This document shows positions 43,279 through 55,196 of a stretch of 64,000 bases of DNA, piece after piece. The position numbers and the translations under genes were made by a program. Origin of the DNA: the human T2T-CHM13v2.0 reference genome, Homo sapiens; NCBI RefSeq assembly GCF_009914755.1, contig NC_060928.1; one strand, given 5' to 3'. The notes under the pieces are model-generated. The model worked only from the letters and a program-made list of their open reading frames with translations. It was not told the origin of the DNA and did not search any database. Each line of letters opens with the position of its first letter. The first letter of the stretch is position 1.

Positions 43279-44201
43279 GAGTATATGAGATATTTTGCTC
43301 AAAATTTTTTTGTTTGATTTGCTAAGTATTCAGACCTATGGAATATGAGTCTCCACCTATAATTTTGCCCTGATCCCTAAAAAATGTTGGAGGCAGATCC
43401 TGCAAGCAGAAGAGCATTTGAATTCTAAACTACTTAAACAGCTTCATAAGCTTAAGCAAACACCTTCTATAGTTTTATTCTTCATCATCTTTAAAATATG
43501 GACAATCAATAATAGTATTGGCTCCTTAGGTATAATGGTAGATGTGGAGTGTTCAGCTTAGTGTTTAGAGCATTTAGTGTCTTCTTCTCCAACCATGAGC
43601 AATGATCAATCTTGCTTTTCATGGGTTTAATGCTGATTCTTGTTGCCTTGTGACATTTGATTGAAATTATATATAGAAGAAGGTGAAGCTGACTTGACTG
43701 AGAGTGGATGGATCACTTCTGAGCTGCAGAAAGAATGTTAACTGATGCACAGTCATAACCTGGAGTTAACTGAACATGTCTTCATCTATGACCTAGTGTA
43801 GGACCAGAGTGAGTGACACAGCCACATCCAGCATCATGACCAGATAGATGATGGACCAACAATATCCATCAGGGTGGATAGAATTCCCTTCCTATTCCTG
43901 GGAGAAAGGAAAGCACCTAAAGAAGCAGTGAAAGGCATGGGAAATTCTTTCTTGTCCTCTGGGTCTGAAGTCCTATGACTTCTGTCAGACTTTGCATATC
44001 TCCTTGTCTTCCTAAGTGGGGAATGTGGGAGATCCTAAAGCCTAAGACCCAAGAATAACAAAGTAGAGGGAAAATGTTCTTAGTGAGATGGGAGTTCCAT
44101 GAAATGTCCAAAAGGAGAGGAAAAAGTAGAATTAAGGAAAGCAAGAGAGGGAGTCAGGGGAATGTAGCATCCATTGGGCTACATTGAAGAAAGTTGGAGG
44201 T

Positions 44202-44564
44202 TGTATTAGTCCATTTTCATACTGCTATGAAGAAATACCCGAGACTGGGTAATTTATCAAGAAAAAGAGGTTTAATGGACTCACAGTTCCACATAGCTGG
44301 GGAGGCCTCACAATCATGGCAGAAAGTGAAGGAGGTGCAAAGGCACGTCTTCCATGGCAGCAAGCAAGCGAGTGTGTGCAGGGGAACTGCCCTTTATAAA
44401 ACCATCAGATCTCATGAGACTTATTCACTATCACCAGAACAACACAGGAAAACTCACCCCCATGATTCAATTACCTCCCATCGGATCCCTCCCACAACAC
44501 GTGGAGATTATGGGAGCTACAATTCAAGATGAGATTTGGGTGAGGACGCAGCCAAACCATATCA
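44202..44564 (-). mobile_element. THE1C-like solo LTR
   Basis: TGTATTAGTCCATTTTCATACTGCTATGAAG...CAGCCAAACCATATCA; TSD GAGGT. Confidence 0.93.
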
Positions 44565-44640
44565 GAGGTAAAACTCTCTGCTAATTCCTGGGAAATGTGA
44601 CAGTACATCTCTGAGGAAGTATGACAAATAAGGAAAATGC

Positions 44641-44720
44641 ATGTGTGTGTGTATGTGTATGTGTATATGTGTGTGAGAGAGAAAGAGACAGGCAGGGAGA
44701 GAGAGAGAAACAGAGATGGA
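44641..44720. repeat. imperfect (TG)n(GA)n microsatellite
   Basis: Direct reading. Confidence 0.85.
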
Positions 44721-45262
44721 GAGTTATACACGCCTTTATCCGTTTTCTGCTTAGTGTGTCTGTGAGGTTGTTTGTGTGGGTTTATAATATTGGTGTCGGT
44801 AACAGGTATTTAACATTTGTGAGCTCAGGGGGAACTTTTAAAAACACAATTCTAGCACAAAAATCTTTATAAGAAAATATTTTATTTTTAATTTTCACAC
44901 AGAAATGTTAAATGCTAGTGCAAAAACTTTCTAGATATATCTCTAATAGCTTTCACCAAAAATATATTAATGAAACTCTTTCTGTCATCTTGGGATTTTT
45001 CTCATAGTGAATAGACTACTTATTTCAAGGAAGACTTCTAGCTTGAAATAAGATTATCCCTCTGTGACTACAGCATGAATCAGTGCCATTTATTAAGGTG
45101 TTAAATATTATTTTAAGCCTAGTCTTTGGACTCCAGTTTTGTGACAAGCCACTCAGGTTGGAGGAAAATTTGCTCAACACTACATCCAGAAATTAAACTT
45201 GAAATTTTCATTTAATTGGGCATGAATTCAAGTTATTAATATTTAGAGTGTTTCTCCCCACT

Positions 45263-45656
45263 TGATATGGTTTGGATCTGTGTCCTCACCCGAATCTCAT
45301 GTCGAATTGTAATCTCCAATGTTGGTGGTGGGGCCTGGTGGGAGGCAACTGGATCCTGGGGATGGATGTCCCCCTTGCTGTTCTCCTGATAGTAAGTGAG
45401 TTCTCATGAGATCTGGTTGTTCAAAAGTCTATGGCACCTCCCTACTCTCTCTCTTCCTACTGCTCCAGCCATGTAAGATGTACCTTCTTCCTCTTCACCT
45501 TCCGCCATAATTGTAAGTTTCCTGAGGCCTCCCCAGCCATGCTTCCTGGACAGCCTGCAGAACCATGAGCCAATTAAATCTCTTTTCTTTACAAATTACC
45601 CAGTCTCAGGTCATTCTTTATAGCAATGAGAGAATGAACTAATATAGACTAATATA
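45263..45656 (+). mobile_element. MSTA-like solo LTR
   Basis: TGATATGGTTTGGATCTGTGTCC...AATTACCCAGTCTCAGG; terminal ACTAATATA duplicated; TSD CC(A/C)CT. Confidence 0.9.
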
Positions 45657-46902
45657 CCCCTCTAATATACAACATGTTTGAAATATGGTATAGGAAATTA
45701 GCCTTTTGCCCCAACTATAAAAATTTTATAATCAAATAACAAATTAATGAACTTAATAGTCATTGACAAAATAATCAATGATAACATACCAACTTTAGCC
45801 CATAGATTTGAAGGTGACATCTTCACTGTATGTACCCATGGAAGGCTAGTCCCATAGCCCTGCCCAGGTCTTTCACTGTAGAGCTGAAATGGTGGATAGA
45901 TAGCCTCAGTGGTTTTCACTGAGGTAAACACTAAATTAGTGAGCACTAGAACCATGCTACTTTGAAATTGTTGTTATGTGAGGCAATAACTGTCCTTATT
46001 TTTTAGACTGCTTTCAATGGGCTTTATATAGCTTGAAGTTGTAGGTAACGTGCTTCATAAAACTAACCCTTACCAAAGAACGAGCTAGTGCAACTATCAC
46101 CCCATTTCTAAATGTTTGCTTTTCTTATATCAAATAATAAATGCTATTAATGCCATTAAAGATTACTAAAACTATATACTAATATGTGTTGCTGATGATA
46201 CCATTTTCTAATAACTATTACTATTTAATATTTTTCTTATTACTGTCAAATTGCTTACTCTGCTACACTCTCTTCCAGTGTAGTTTTATCACTTTGCATT
46301 CCTCACAGCAATGTGTGAGAGTTCCAGTTGCTTTGAATCTTTGATAGTAATTGCTATTTTAAAAAATAGGTAAGCAAAAATTTTAAAAATATAATCTAAC
46401 ACATTAATTAATTGCAGTTTTCAATATTATTAAAATGTCAATTCTCTCCAAGGAATATGGAGATTTAATGCAATCCCAACCAAAAGCACAAAAGACTTTT
46501 TTAAAAATAGAATTTGACAAGGGGACTCTAAAATGCATATAAATGGAAATGGCAAAAAACTGCTGAGTCACTGTTGAGAAACAGAGCGTTGTTCTACAAG
46601 ATACACAGACTAATATTTAAACTACAGTATTTAGCATATGTTGTGTTGGTGCAGGGATAAATAAAACAATGGATAAGAACAGAGAATTCTGTTTAATTCA
46701 ATTCCCAATTGAATAACCAATAGAAATGCATCCATATGTGCACCCAAAGATATGCACAAGAAAGTTTCTGATATAATTTTTTTTTAATCCTAAGATTTAT
46801 TGGTCCTTACTTAGGGAAATATCTGTTGATGCCTATTAGCATTAGCTTATTAATCCCACACAGCATCTTTCCAAGGTAAATACTATTAACTATCCCATTT
46901 TA

Positions 46903-46976
46903 TTAGGTTGGTGCAAAAGTTATTGCGGTTTCTGTCATTAATGGCAAAAACTGCAATAACTTTTGCACCAACCTAA
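46903..46976. mobile_element. MADE1 (Hsmar1-derived MITE) inserted in a MIR
   Basis: TTAGGTTGGTGCAAAAG...CTTTTGCACCAACCTAA, two 37 bp arms; antisense MIR sequence on both sides. Confidence 0.95.
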
Positions 46977-47529
46977 ACTTAAGAAGGAACTGATGTTTAA
47001 AACAGATCCACAGCCCAACAACGCACAAACAGTGTGGTGGAATCTAACTCAGCAATCTCTGATTCCAGAATTCAACTATCAACTTGCTGGTCCTCTACTT
47101 CCCGAAACTCTCCAGCCTACATTTCTTCCTCTTCTTCGGTTTCTAAACTCAAACTGACTTTGGAATGAAAGGGAGCAGCTGCTGAGGTAGGAAGGTCGGA
47201 GGTGGCCCTCCAAAAGCCTCTTTTCTGGAAGCTCCGCTGCCAAGGGCTCGACTGGAGTCCCAGGACATATTCAGAGGCCGCCAGACCCCTGCATGGAGGC
47301 CCCTCCCTTGCAGCTCCTGGTTACCATGATTGAATGATGTCCTGCAGCTCCGAGCCTCAGCCACCTATGTTGTCAAGGTTTCCTCTGTGAAAGCATCCAA
47401 AAACTCTGCCAGCACCTTCTTCTTTCCTTTTTTGTTTTCCTACCAGGGCCAGGCCAGGCTCTGCTGGCCATTTCCGATTAAGCTCCTCAGAAGGCATAGA
47501 GCCACTCACACTCAGAATTATTTAAAATA

Positions 47530-47815
47530 ACACTAGACTGCAAATGCCCTAAATATCCATCAGAAATAAATGGATGCATAACATTGGGTGAAAGAAGCCA
47601 TACACAAAGGTGTATACTATATGATTCAAGTCAAGAATTTCTTCTGTTTTTTTAACAAACACAACTAAGGAGCCGTAATTGTCATTACCTTTGGGAAAGC
47701 AAGAAGATGTGGGGGCTTGGAGGAGTCACAAGGGAGGCTTCCAGTGGTAGTCACATGGGTCCCTCCTTTTCACTAATTCATCAAATAGTGCATTTGTGTT
47801 TTTTCTAAATGTGCA
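47530..47815 (+). mobile_element. L1ME 3'UTR fragment
   Basis: GTGAAAGAAGCCATACACAAAGGTGTATACTATATGATTC; TTACCTTTGGG; CACAAGGGAGGCTTC. Confidence 0.6.
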
Positions 47816-47821
47816 AGCCAT

Positions 47822-48250
47822 TGCATTAGTTTCCTAGGGCATCTGTGACAAAGTACCACCAACTGGGTGGCTTAAAACAACACCAATTTATTCTCTCAGT
47901 GTTGGAGGCTGGAGTCCAAAATCAAGCAGCCAGCAGCCATGCTTCCTCTGAAACCCTTCCATGCTTCTCCTTAACTTCTGTTGGTGACCATTGTTCCTTG
48001 ACGTCCCTCGGCTTGCAACTGTGTCACTCCAATCTATGCCTCTGTTGTCACATGGTTTTTTTCTTTATATTTCTGTCTTCGCATCTTTTTTTTTTTTAAT
48101 AAGGACAACAGTCATATTGGACTAAGGGCCCTCCCTACACTAATATGATGTCATCTTAATGACCCTATTTCCAAATAAGCTCACATTCTGAGATATTTGG
48201 GATTATGACTTCAACATATCTGTTTTGGGGACACAATTCAACCCATAGCA
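47822..48250 (-). mobile_element. MLT1C-like solo LTR
   Basis: TGCATTAGTTTCCTAGGGC...CTGGGTGGCTTAAAACAAC...GGGGACACAATTCAACCCATAGCA. Confidence 0.88.
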
Positions 48251-48377
48251 CTCCTCAACAAAAAAGTAGGAAAAAAAAAGCTTTAGTCTAACCTCCTGGC
48301 TGTCAATCTTGCAATATATACTTTCAGCTTTCTCTCTCTCTCTTTCTATCTCCCTCTCTCTCTTCATATCTATTCAT

Positions 48378-48965
48378 AGATCATACTATACTCAATGCTT
48401 TGATGATGATTTTTTAAATTTAACAATACATTGTAAGAGTTCTTCAAAATTATTACACATTTTTGTATTATATTAATGCTGTGTAATATTCCATTTTAGG
48501 GACACCATACTTTTTAAAGTAGGTCTCTGTTGCAGTACACTGGGATATTTTCTGATCTTTTTAATAATATGAACAGTTCTGAGTAGAACTTCTTAGTAGC
48601 TCAGTCACTGGATATATCCATAACAATTATTTGAAATCAGTTCCTACCTATAGACATCTATGGAGCTACTGCAGAATTACATGTCTTGATAACCAATAAC
48701 AAACAGAAGTTTGGTACGCTCATTCCAGTTTTTATTGCCATCTGTGGTGTGTGAGAATCCCTATTCCTCTCCCTGTTCCTCTCACCCACTCTGGCACCAG
48801 TGTTATTATCCCTTTTTAATTTTACCAATTTTTTTTACAAGGAAAATGTCATCTCACTATTTTAATGTGCACAGTGCTTACTTTTCAAAACTTTCTTACA
48901 CATATGTATGCAACTCTCTAGTTTACAAAGGTTCATTCTTCTGCTCTGTAAACTGTTTCCTGTGC
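48378..48965 (-). mobile_element. old L1ME fragment
   Basis: GATCATACTATA...TAATATTCCATT...GTGTGAGAATCCCTATTCC...TTTAATTTTACCAAT. Confidence 0.55.
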
Positions 48966-49647
48966 TTAATTTGGAAAGTGTGAAAGGCCAAATTTTTGTC
49001 ATTAGAGCTACCATTTGAAATAGTTTCTGAGCTTTTAAATTTTATCAACCAATAAACTATAAAGATAAAAATAGAACTGACACAAGATTGTCAAATAAGA
49101 CATCATTATTTTGCCAAATAAAGATGTAAAATGCAAACCAATAAAAACTTTTTCAAACCATCTTTTTTTAAAGAAGAGGATTTTTTAATACAAGAAATAG
49201 CATAATCTCAAATTTAAAAATTGTTTATTACATTGAACAAATATAGTTTTAAGAAAACTTGCTATAATTGTTTCTATTTTTCACATACATTGACAGACAA
49301 TGGAAATTTCACTGGGAATAGCAATGTTTCTTGGATCGGCCATGATTACCTCAGTGCAATTATACTGCTATTCAGCCGACCACATCCTCATAAAGCCAGG
49401 TCACTTGAAACAATGTCTGTCTGGGTGAGTTTTGGAGGCAATTGGCAGTTTCCTTTAGGTACTGTCAGTACAATACATTGATATATTTAGACTGGGATGT
49501 TGTAGACATAGCTATGTGTGATTATGCCTATTTATTCTTGATATTATCTTTAGGGCTTCTGAATTACTAAGAAAAATCTAAATGTCATTAGGCTCCTGAA
49601 TTTAGATCTCTGAATAGCAACCAAAGAAACTAATTTAGACAGCATAG

Positions 49648-50010
<363 letters not shown>

Positions 50011-52237
50011 GGAAAAACATTCCTTAAAAGTGTTTTACTTCCCAAAGCTTGTTCCAAAGGCTGGGCAGATTCTACACTGCAGGTATCCCAGAAGCTGAAG
50101 AAGGAACTGCCCAATAGGACTTATTTGCACTCTTCCTTAAAATGTCGCGGTGTGGAGTTGTGTTAACACTTCACGTGTCCTATTGCTTTCCCTAGATTTG
50201 TCCAGCTTCTGCCACTTACTAAGAGAGAGTATGTGTTTCCGAGGCTAATTGCCTGTTGCTAGCTGAGATTAGCAAAGCTTCGATAGCCAAGAGTAAACAT
50301 TAGTTCTGGCTACTGCTTTTTATCCTTACTTTTTATCTGGTCTAATGTCAACACAAATTCTCCTATTACTGTCTTTCAAAATGACTTGGGAATATTGCGG
50401 TTCATGCCAAAATCAACATGAAAATAAGGTAGAGCATATTCTGTTTGGGCTGAGAGAGCAATAATATATTGTTGTTTTTCTTCTGTCTGCACATAGCCCT
50501 ACATTTAGGCACTTTAGCATGTCCAGCCAAATTTTGCTTCCTAACATAGGTTTCATGTTCCTGTAGATGTTTTGTGGGATGCTCCTTTGGTATTAAAATG
50601 TGTATTTCAAGAGGCAGCCGTAGATTCTATTAAGCGTGTATGTAAACGGAGAACAAATTTTTCCCGATCTTTATCCTTTCTTTAATGTAGATAAATTCAT
50701 TATGAGTTGTGCCCTGTGTGGGCTCAGTGGCAGGAACTTGCGAGATGCACACATTCCTAGGAAATGAGTTTATTTGCTCAGTAATATTATATAAATATAT
50801 TGTTACCCCCATTTAAAAAGTCACCCTAAACACCCATAATGAAGGAAGTGCATAAGCTCTGACTCTTTAGGTCAATGTTTTCTGTGCTAAGCCATTAAAA
50901 GAGCATTTAGGAAAGGCTTAACCTTACTGAAATCATGTAGATTTATGACACTAGAACGCTAAGTCTGTTAACAAGTCAGTCATGCACTTGGAATAACTGT
51001 TCTTCCAGGTTGAGTGTCTCTCTCCTCAAAACCACAATACCACAATTGCTATAAATGGATTTATAATGTTTAGCAAAAACTAAAATGTGTCTACATTTGA
51101 AGAATGGAATGGAGGTTTTAAAAAAGAATTTCGTGATTCAGAGACAGTTAACAGTCTTCTGACCTGGAAGAGGCCAAGATAGCAATTTCACCAGCAGAAC
51201 CTTGAGTAAATAGAACAGCAGTTATTGTTATTTCCACTCAGGGGGAAATTACTTCCCTTGAATTGTCGTCAAGAGGAGTGGTTCTGATGATGTTCAGACC
51301 TGCTTCTGTGTCTTGGGACCAGGCCAGGACATCGCAGGAAGGGCCAGCCACTGCAGCATCACCCTCTGCGGTGCTCAGAGCTACCTCTCTGATGTTGTGG
51401 AGACAGAGCTCCTTGTAAGCCTTAACCATACCATGGAACTTAAGCCAATATGCCCACCATTTGCAAGTGCAGCATGATGTTTAGGATATAATGGGGATTT
51501 GAAGTAGGAGGCTTAGTTTTTTTTAGCTGTGTGTTAGTTATTTAGACTTGGTTAGTCATGTGATATGGAAATCAATCTGACATTCCCTACAACCTAGGGT
51601 CTATACATAGTATCTGAATAAACAAATTTGCTCTCCAATTCCCATTTCGTAGTCATTCTTTAAACACATCTTAACTAGAAGCAGAAACTATTGTTTCATG
51701 AAAATGGCTATACACTTATATATACTTTAATACACTTATGTATACTTTAGCTAAAATGAAATTTGTAATTGTGTCTGCTCTAGTGTATAATACATGCTCT
51801 CATATATAAAATAATAATTATGATGGCTTTTTGTAATCATTATTATTTAATTACAATATGTTAACAATAACAATAATAATACTCTTATATTTCACAGACT
51901 ACTTCAGGTACAGATTATAATAAGATAACTCAAATCTCTACCTTTAATAGGAATTTATAATTTCGGGCTATGTGTTCCAGATGCCAAAGTCTCCTTTAAA
52001 CTATCATAATTTATGAGAATTTATAATATTTAAAACAAATGAAAACTGTTTTATAATGAAATAATTTAATTAATTTGTGTGTGAAGTCAATGAATTTCTA
52101 AGACTGAATGTCCGGTTTGCCCACTCTGAATACTCTTGCATGACTGGTAGCAAAATTGGTCCTCACACATCAAACATAAGCTTTCTTCTGATGCTAGAAA
52201 GGCTGCTCTCTAGGAAAGCAAGAGTGAGATTCAATAA

Positions 52238-52460
52238 AATCCTGGTCTAGGTTTGAGTATGGGCTACGCTACACTCTCATGTGTGAGCTGGAGAAGTCTT
52301 TTGGCTTCTCCATACTTTGGCTTCTTAAATTGATTCATTTATTTGGCAATGATAATAATGTTCTAATGGGGCTGTTGGAAGACTAAGTAAGATAGTGAAT
52401 GGAGAGTCCTACTCAATATCTGACTCATAGGTTCTCAGTCAAAGCTTTTATCATTATTAT
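52238..52460 (+). mobile_element. MIR (diverged)
   Basis: GATAATAATGTTCTAATGGGGCTGTTGGAAGACTAAGTAAGATAGTG...TGACTCATAG. Confidence 0.55.
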
Positions 52461-54059
52461 GTGATGCCACAATGTTTAGGCATTGTCTCAAGATAAAACT
52501 CAGGGAGAATTGAGTACAACAAGACAAGATCGAGTTGTACTCATTTTCCATTTTTCAAAAATGGTTTTTGTACCTTCTAGATTATAGAATCTGTGCTGAA
52601 AACTTGGATATAAAAAAATTGGATATTAAAATAATGGAGATTGATATTAAACAGGTAATCAGATAAAAATCACAAATGCTATTTAAAAGGGAGACTTATT
52701 TCCTTACATTTTATATTAAATTGTTTAGATTTGTACCTCTTTCATTTAGTTTACACCAATAAACATTCAAGATCTACCCCAGGTTAACAGTCAAAAGCCC
52801 TTATTATAAGCCCATTACTACTATAGAAGCCCACAGAGATAATGGGTTCCAGGACACTAACATTTTGGAGTTACTTAAGCAAAGACGCTGTCAATGACAG
52901 GAGCCTCCTATATCAAATCTACTCACCTGAGATTTAAGATGTTTCAATTTTGTAAGACCAATAGTTTCTATTTCTTGCTTTCTGATCCCACTAATTGTAA
53001 TTCTCATTTGTGAAGTCTACCTAATAAAGACTTCTAGAAAGTTTAACTCCCATGTGCTTCAGGACCTTTGTGTGCAAGAGGGTATTAAGATTTCTGCTTT
53101 CATATCTGAGTAGTATTCATGATGAAAGATGCCCTAATGAAAACAAATTATTTCATTTAGTTCAATTCCCTGAAGTAAGAAATTTTTGGATCCTTGTTCT
53201 AAGAGAAAGTATAATTTTCTGCAATTTGTGAAAAAAGATTAGTTTTACTATGATTACCCCAAATTCTTGTTCTGTGTAGACAGATCCCTTATCTGATTAA
53301 TGATGAATGGAATAGGATCCAGTCAGTCCCCTGGCTTTTCTCTTTTTACATGTAAAACAAACCAGAACATCTTTCATATTCGCTTTGACTGACAGACTCA
53401 GAGAATAGAGCTAAACTGCAAAAACAACCGGGGTGCAACCAAAAAGAGCTGTCGGGTGAGGAAATGTCTCAACTCTGTGAATGGCCTTTAAAATCCTGCA
53501 TTTGCTAAGTGATTCCTCAGTTTTATTAAGAAAACATTAATTATCCTACATGAATTAATTTTTACTATTTCAAAGAAAACACTTAGCTTGTTTGTTGGTT
53601 GAGTATGGTTTTTCTTCATATTATATTTGTTTTATTAAAAATTACTTGTAATACAAAATTTGTATTTTAAAATAAATCAATGAGTTTGTACAAATTTTGA
53701 AATTATTTGGGCTTATGCTACCAACTACTTATTTATATTTACTCCATTAACTATGGAGTTTATAAATTTATAAATAAATTCCATAAAAAGCCAATATGTG
53801 CAGAGAGGGTTTTTTAAGTTAGGAAAATTTAAGGTACAGTGAGGCTCCCCGTAAAATCATCATGTTGGAAAGTTTCACCACAGTAACTGTTGGCTCTCCT
53901 TGTACCCAGTTCATCCTGGATATCTGTACCTGCTCCTACCAAGACAATTTTCAGCAAAGGATTCTACCCTATGTCTTAGTGAGAATATGTTTGTCAACAT
54001 TGCCATTTATCCTGTGTGAAAGAATAAGCAGATTATTTTATATTTCTGTGCCACATACA

Positions 54060-54402
54060 TTTTCTTTCTTTCTTTTCTTTCTTTTTCTCTTTCTTCCTTC
54101 CTTCTTTCTTTCTTCTTTCCCTCCCTCCCTCCCTTTCTTTCTCTCTCTCTTTCTGCATTTGCTAAGTGATTCCTCAGTTTTATTAAGAAAACATTAATTA
54201 TCCCACATGAATTAATTTTTATTAATTTTCTTTCTTTCTTCTTTCTTTTCCTTTCCTTTCCCTTTCTTTCTTCCTTTCCTCTTTCTTTCCCCTTCCTCCC
54301 TCCCTCCTTTCCTTCCTTTCTTTCTCTTTCTTTCTCCTTCCTTCCTTTCTTTCTGTCTTTCTCTCTCTCTCTCTTTCTTTCTTTTCTTTCTTCTTTCTTT
54401 CT
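54060..54402. repeat. polypyrimidine (CTTT/CTTC/CT)n tract split by a 69 bp duplicated segment
   Basis: Pyrimidine blocks at 54060-54152 and about 54225-54402. Confidence 0.95.
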
Positions 54403-54800
54403 CTATTTCCAAAGAAATTAACCTTAAAGAAATGGTTTAAAGAATGAGTTCTGACTCATAGAACTCAGTGGGACAGATTTGATTTTCTTACTCCAAGCCT
54501 CATAAGTTTATCCTCTTTTCCACTCTTGGATGCAATATAACTTAGTAAGACACTGGACTTGAAGTTCTTCCTCTTACTCTGTATGTGATCCTATGGAAAT
54601 TAGCACCCTGAGTTTCATTTATCTTATATTTGAAGAGAGTCTAATAATGTTTCTTGTGTTAACTAAATATTTAACTACAGAATGTTGGCAAGGAGAAGCT
54701 GAAAAACAGGTGTTAACAAATCATTTTAATTACAAACTATACTAAATTTATGTACTCAAAACATCATAATTGTTACTAACAATAAAGAGGGCAGAGGCTG

Positions 54801-55196
54801 TAATATGGTTGGGCTTTGTGTCCCCACCCAAATCTCATCTTAAACTGTAACCCCCATAATCCCCATAACCCTCATAATCCCCACATGTTAAGGGTGGGAC
54901 CAGGTGGAGGAAATTGAATCATGGGGGTAGTTTCCCCCATGCTGTTCTCATGATAGTGAGTTAGTTCTCACAACAGCTGACGGTTTTATAAGGGGCTCTT
55001 CCCCGCTTTGCTTGGCATTTCTCCTTCCCACTGCCTTGTGAAGAAGGGGCCTTGCTTCCCTTTTGCCTTCGGCTATGATTGTAAGTTTCCTGAGGCCTCC
55101 CCAGCCATGCTGAACAGTGAGTCAATTAAACCTCTTTCCTTTATAAATTACCCAGTCTTGGGCAGTTCTTTATAGAGTATGAAAATAGACTAATGA
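54801..55196 (+). mobile_element. THE1C/D-like solo LTR
   Basis: ATATGGTTGGGCTTTGTGTCCCCACCCAAATCTCATCTT...AATTACCCAGTCTTGGGCAGTTCTTTATAG; TSD GGCTG. Confidence 0.92.

Noticed and set aside
53862-54412. 111 aa and 66 aa ORFs
   Set aside because: They run through the polypyrimidine microsatellite
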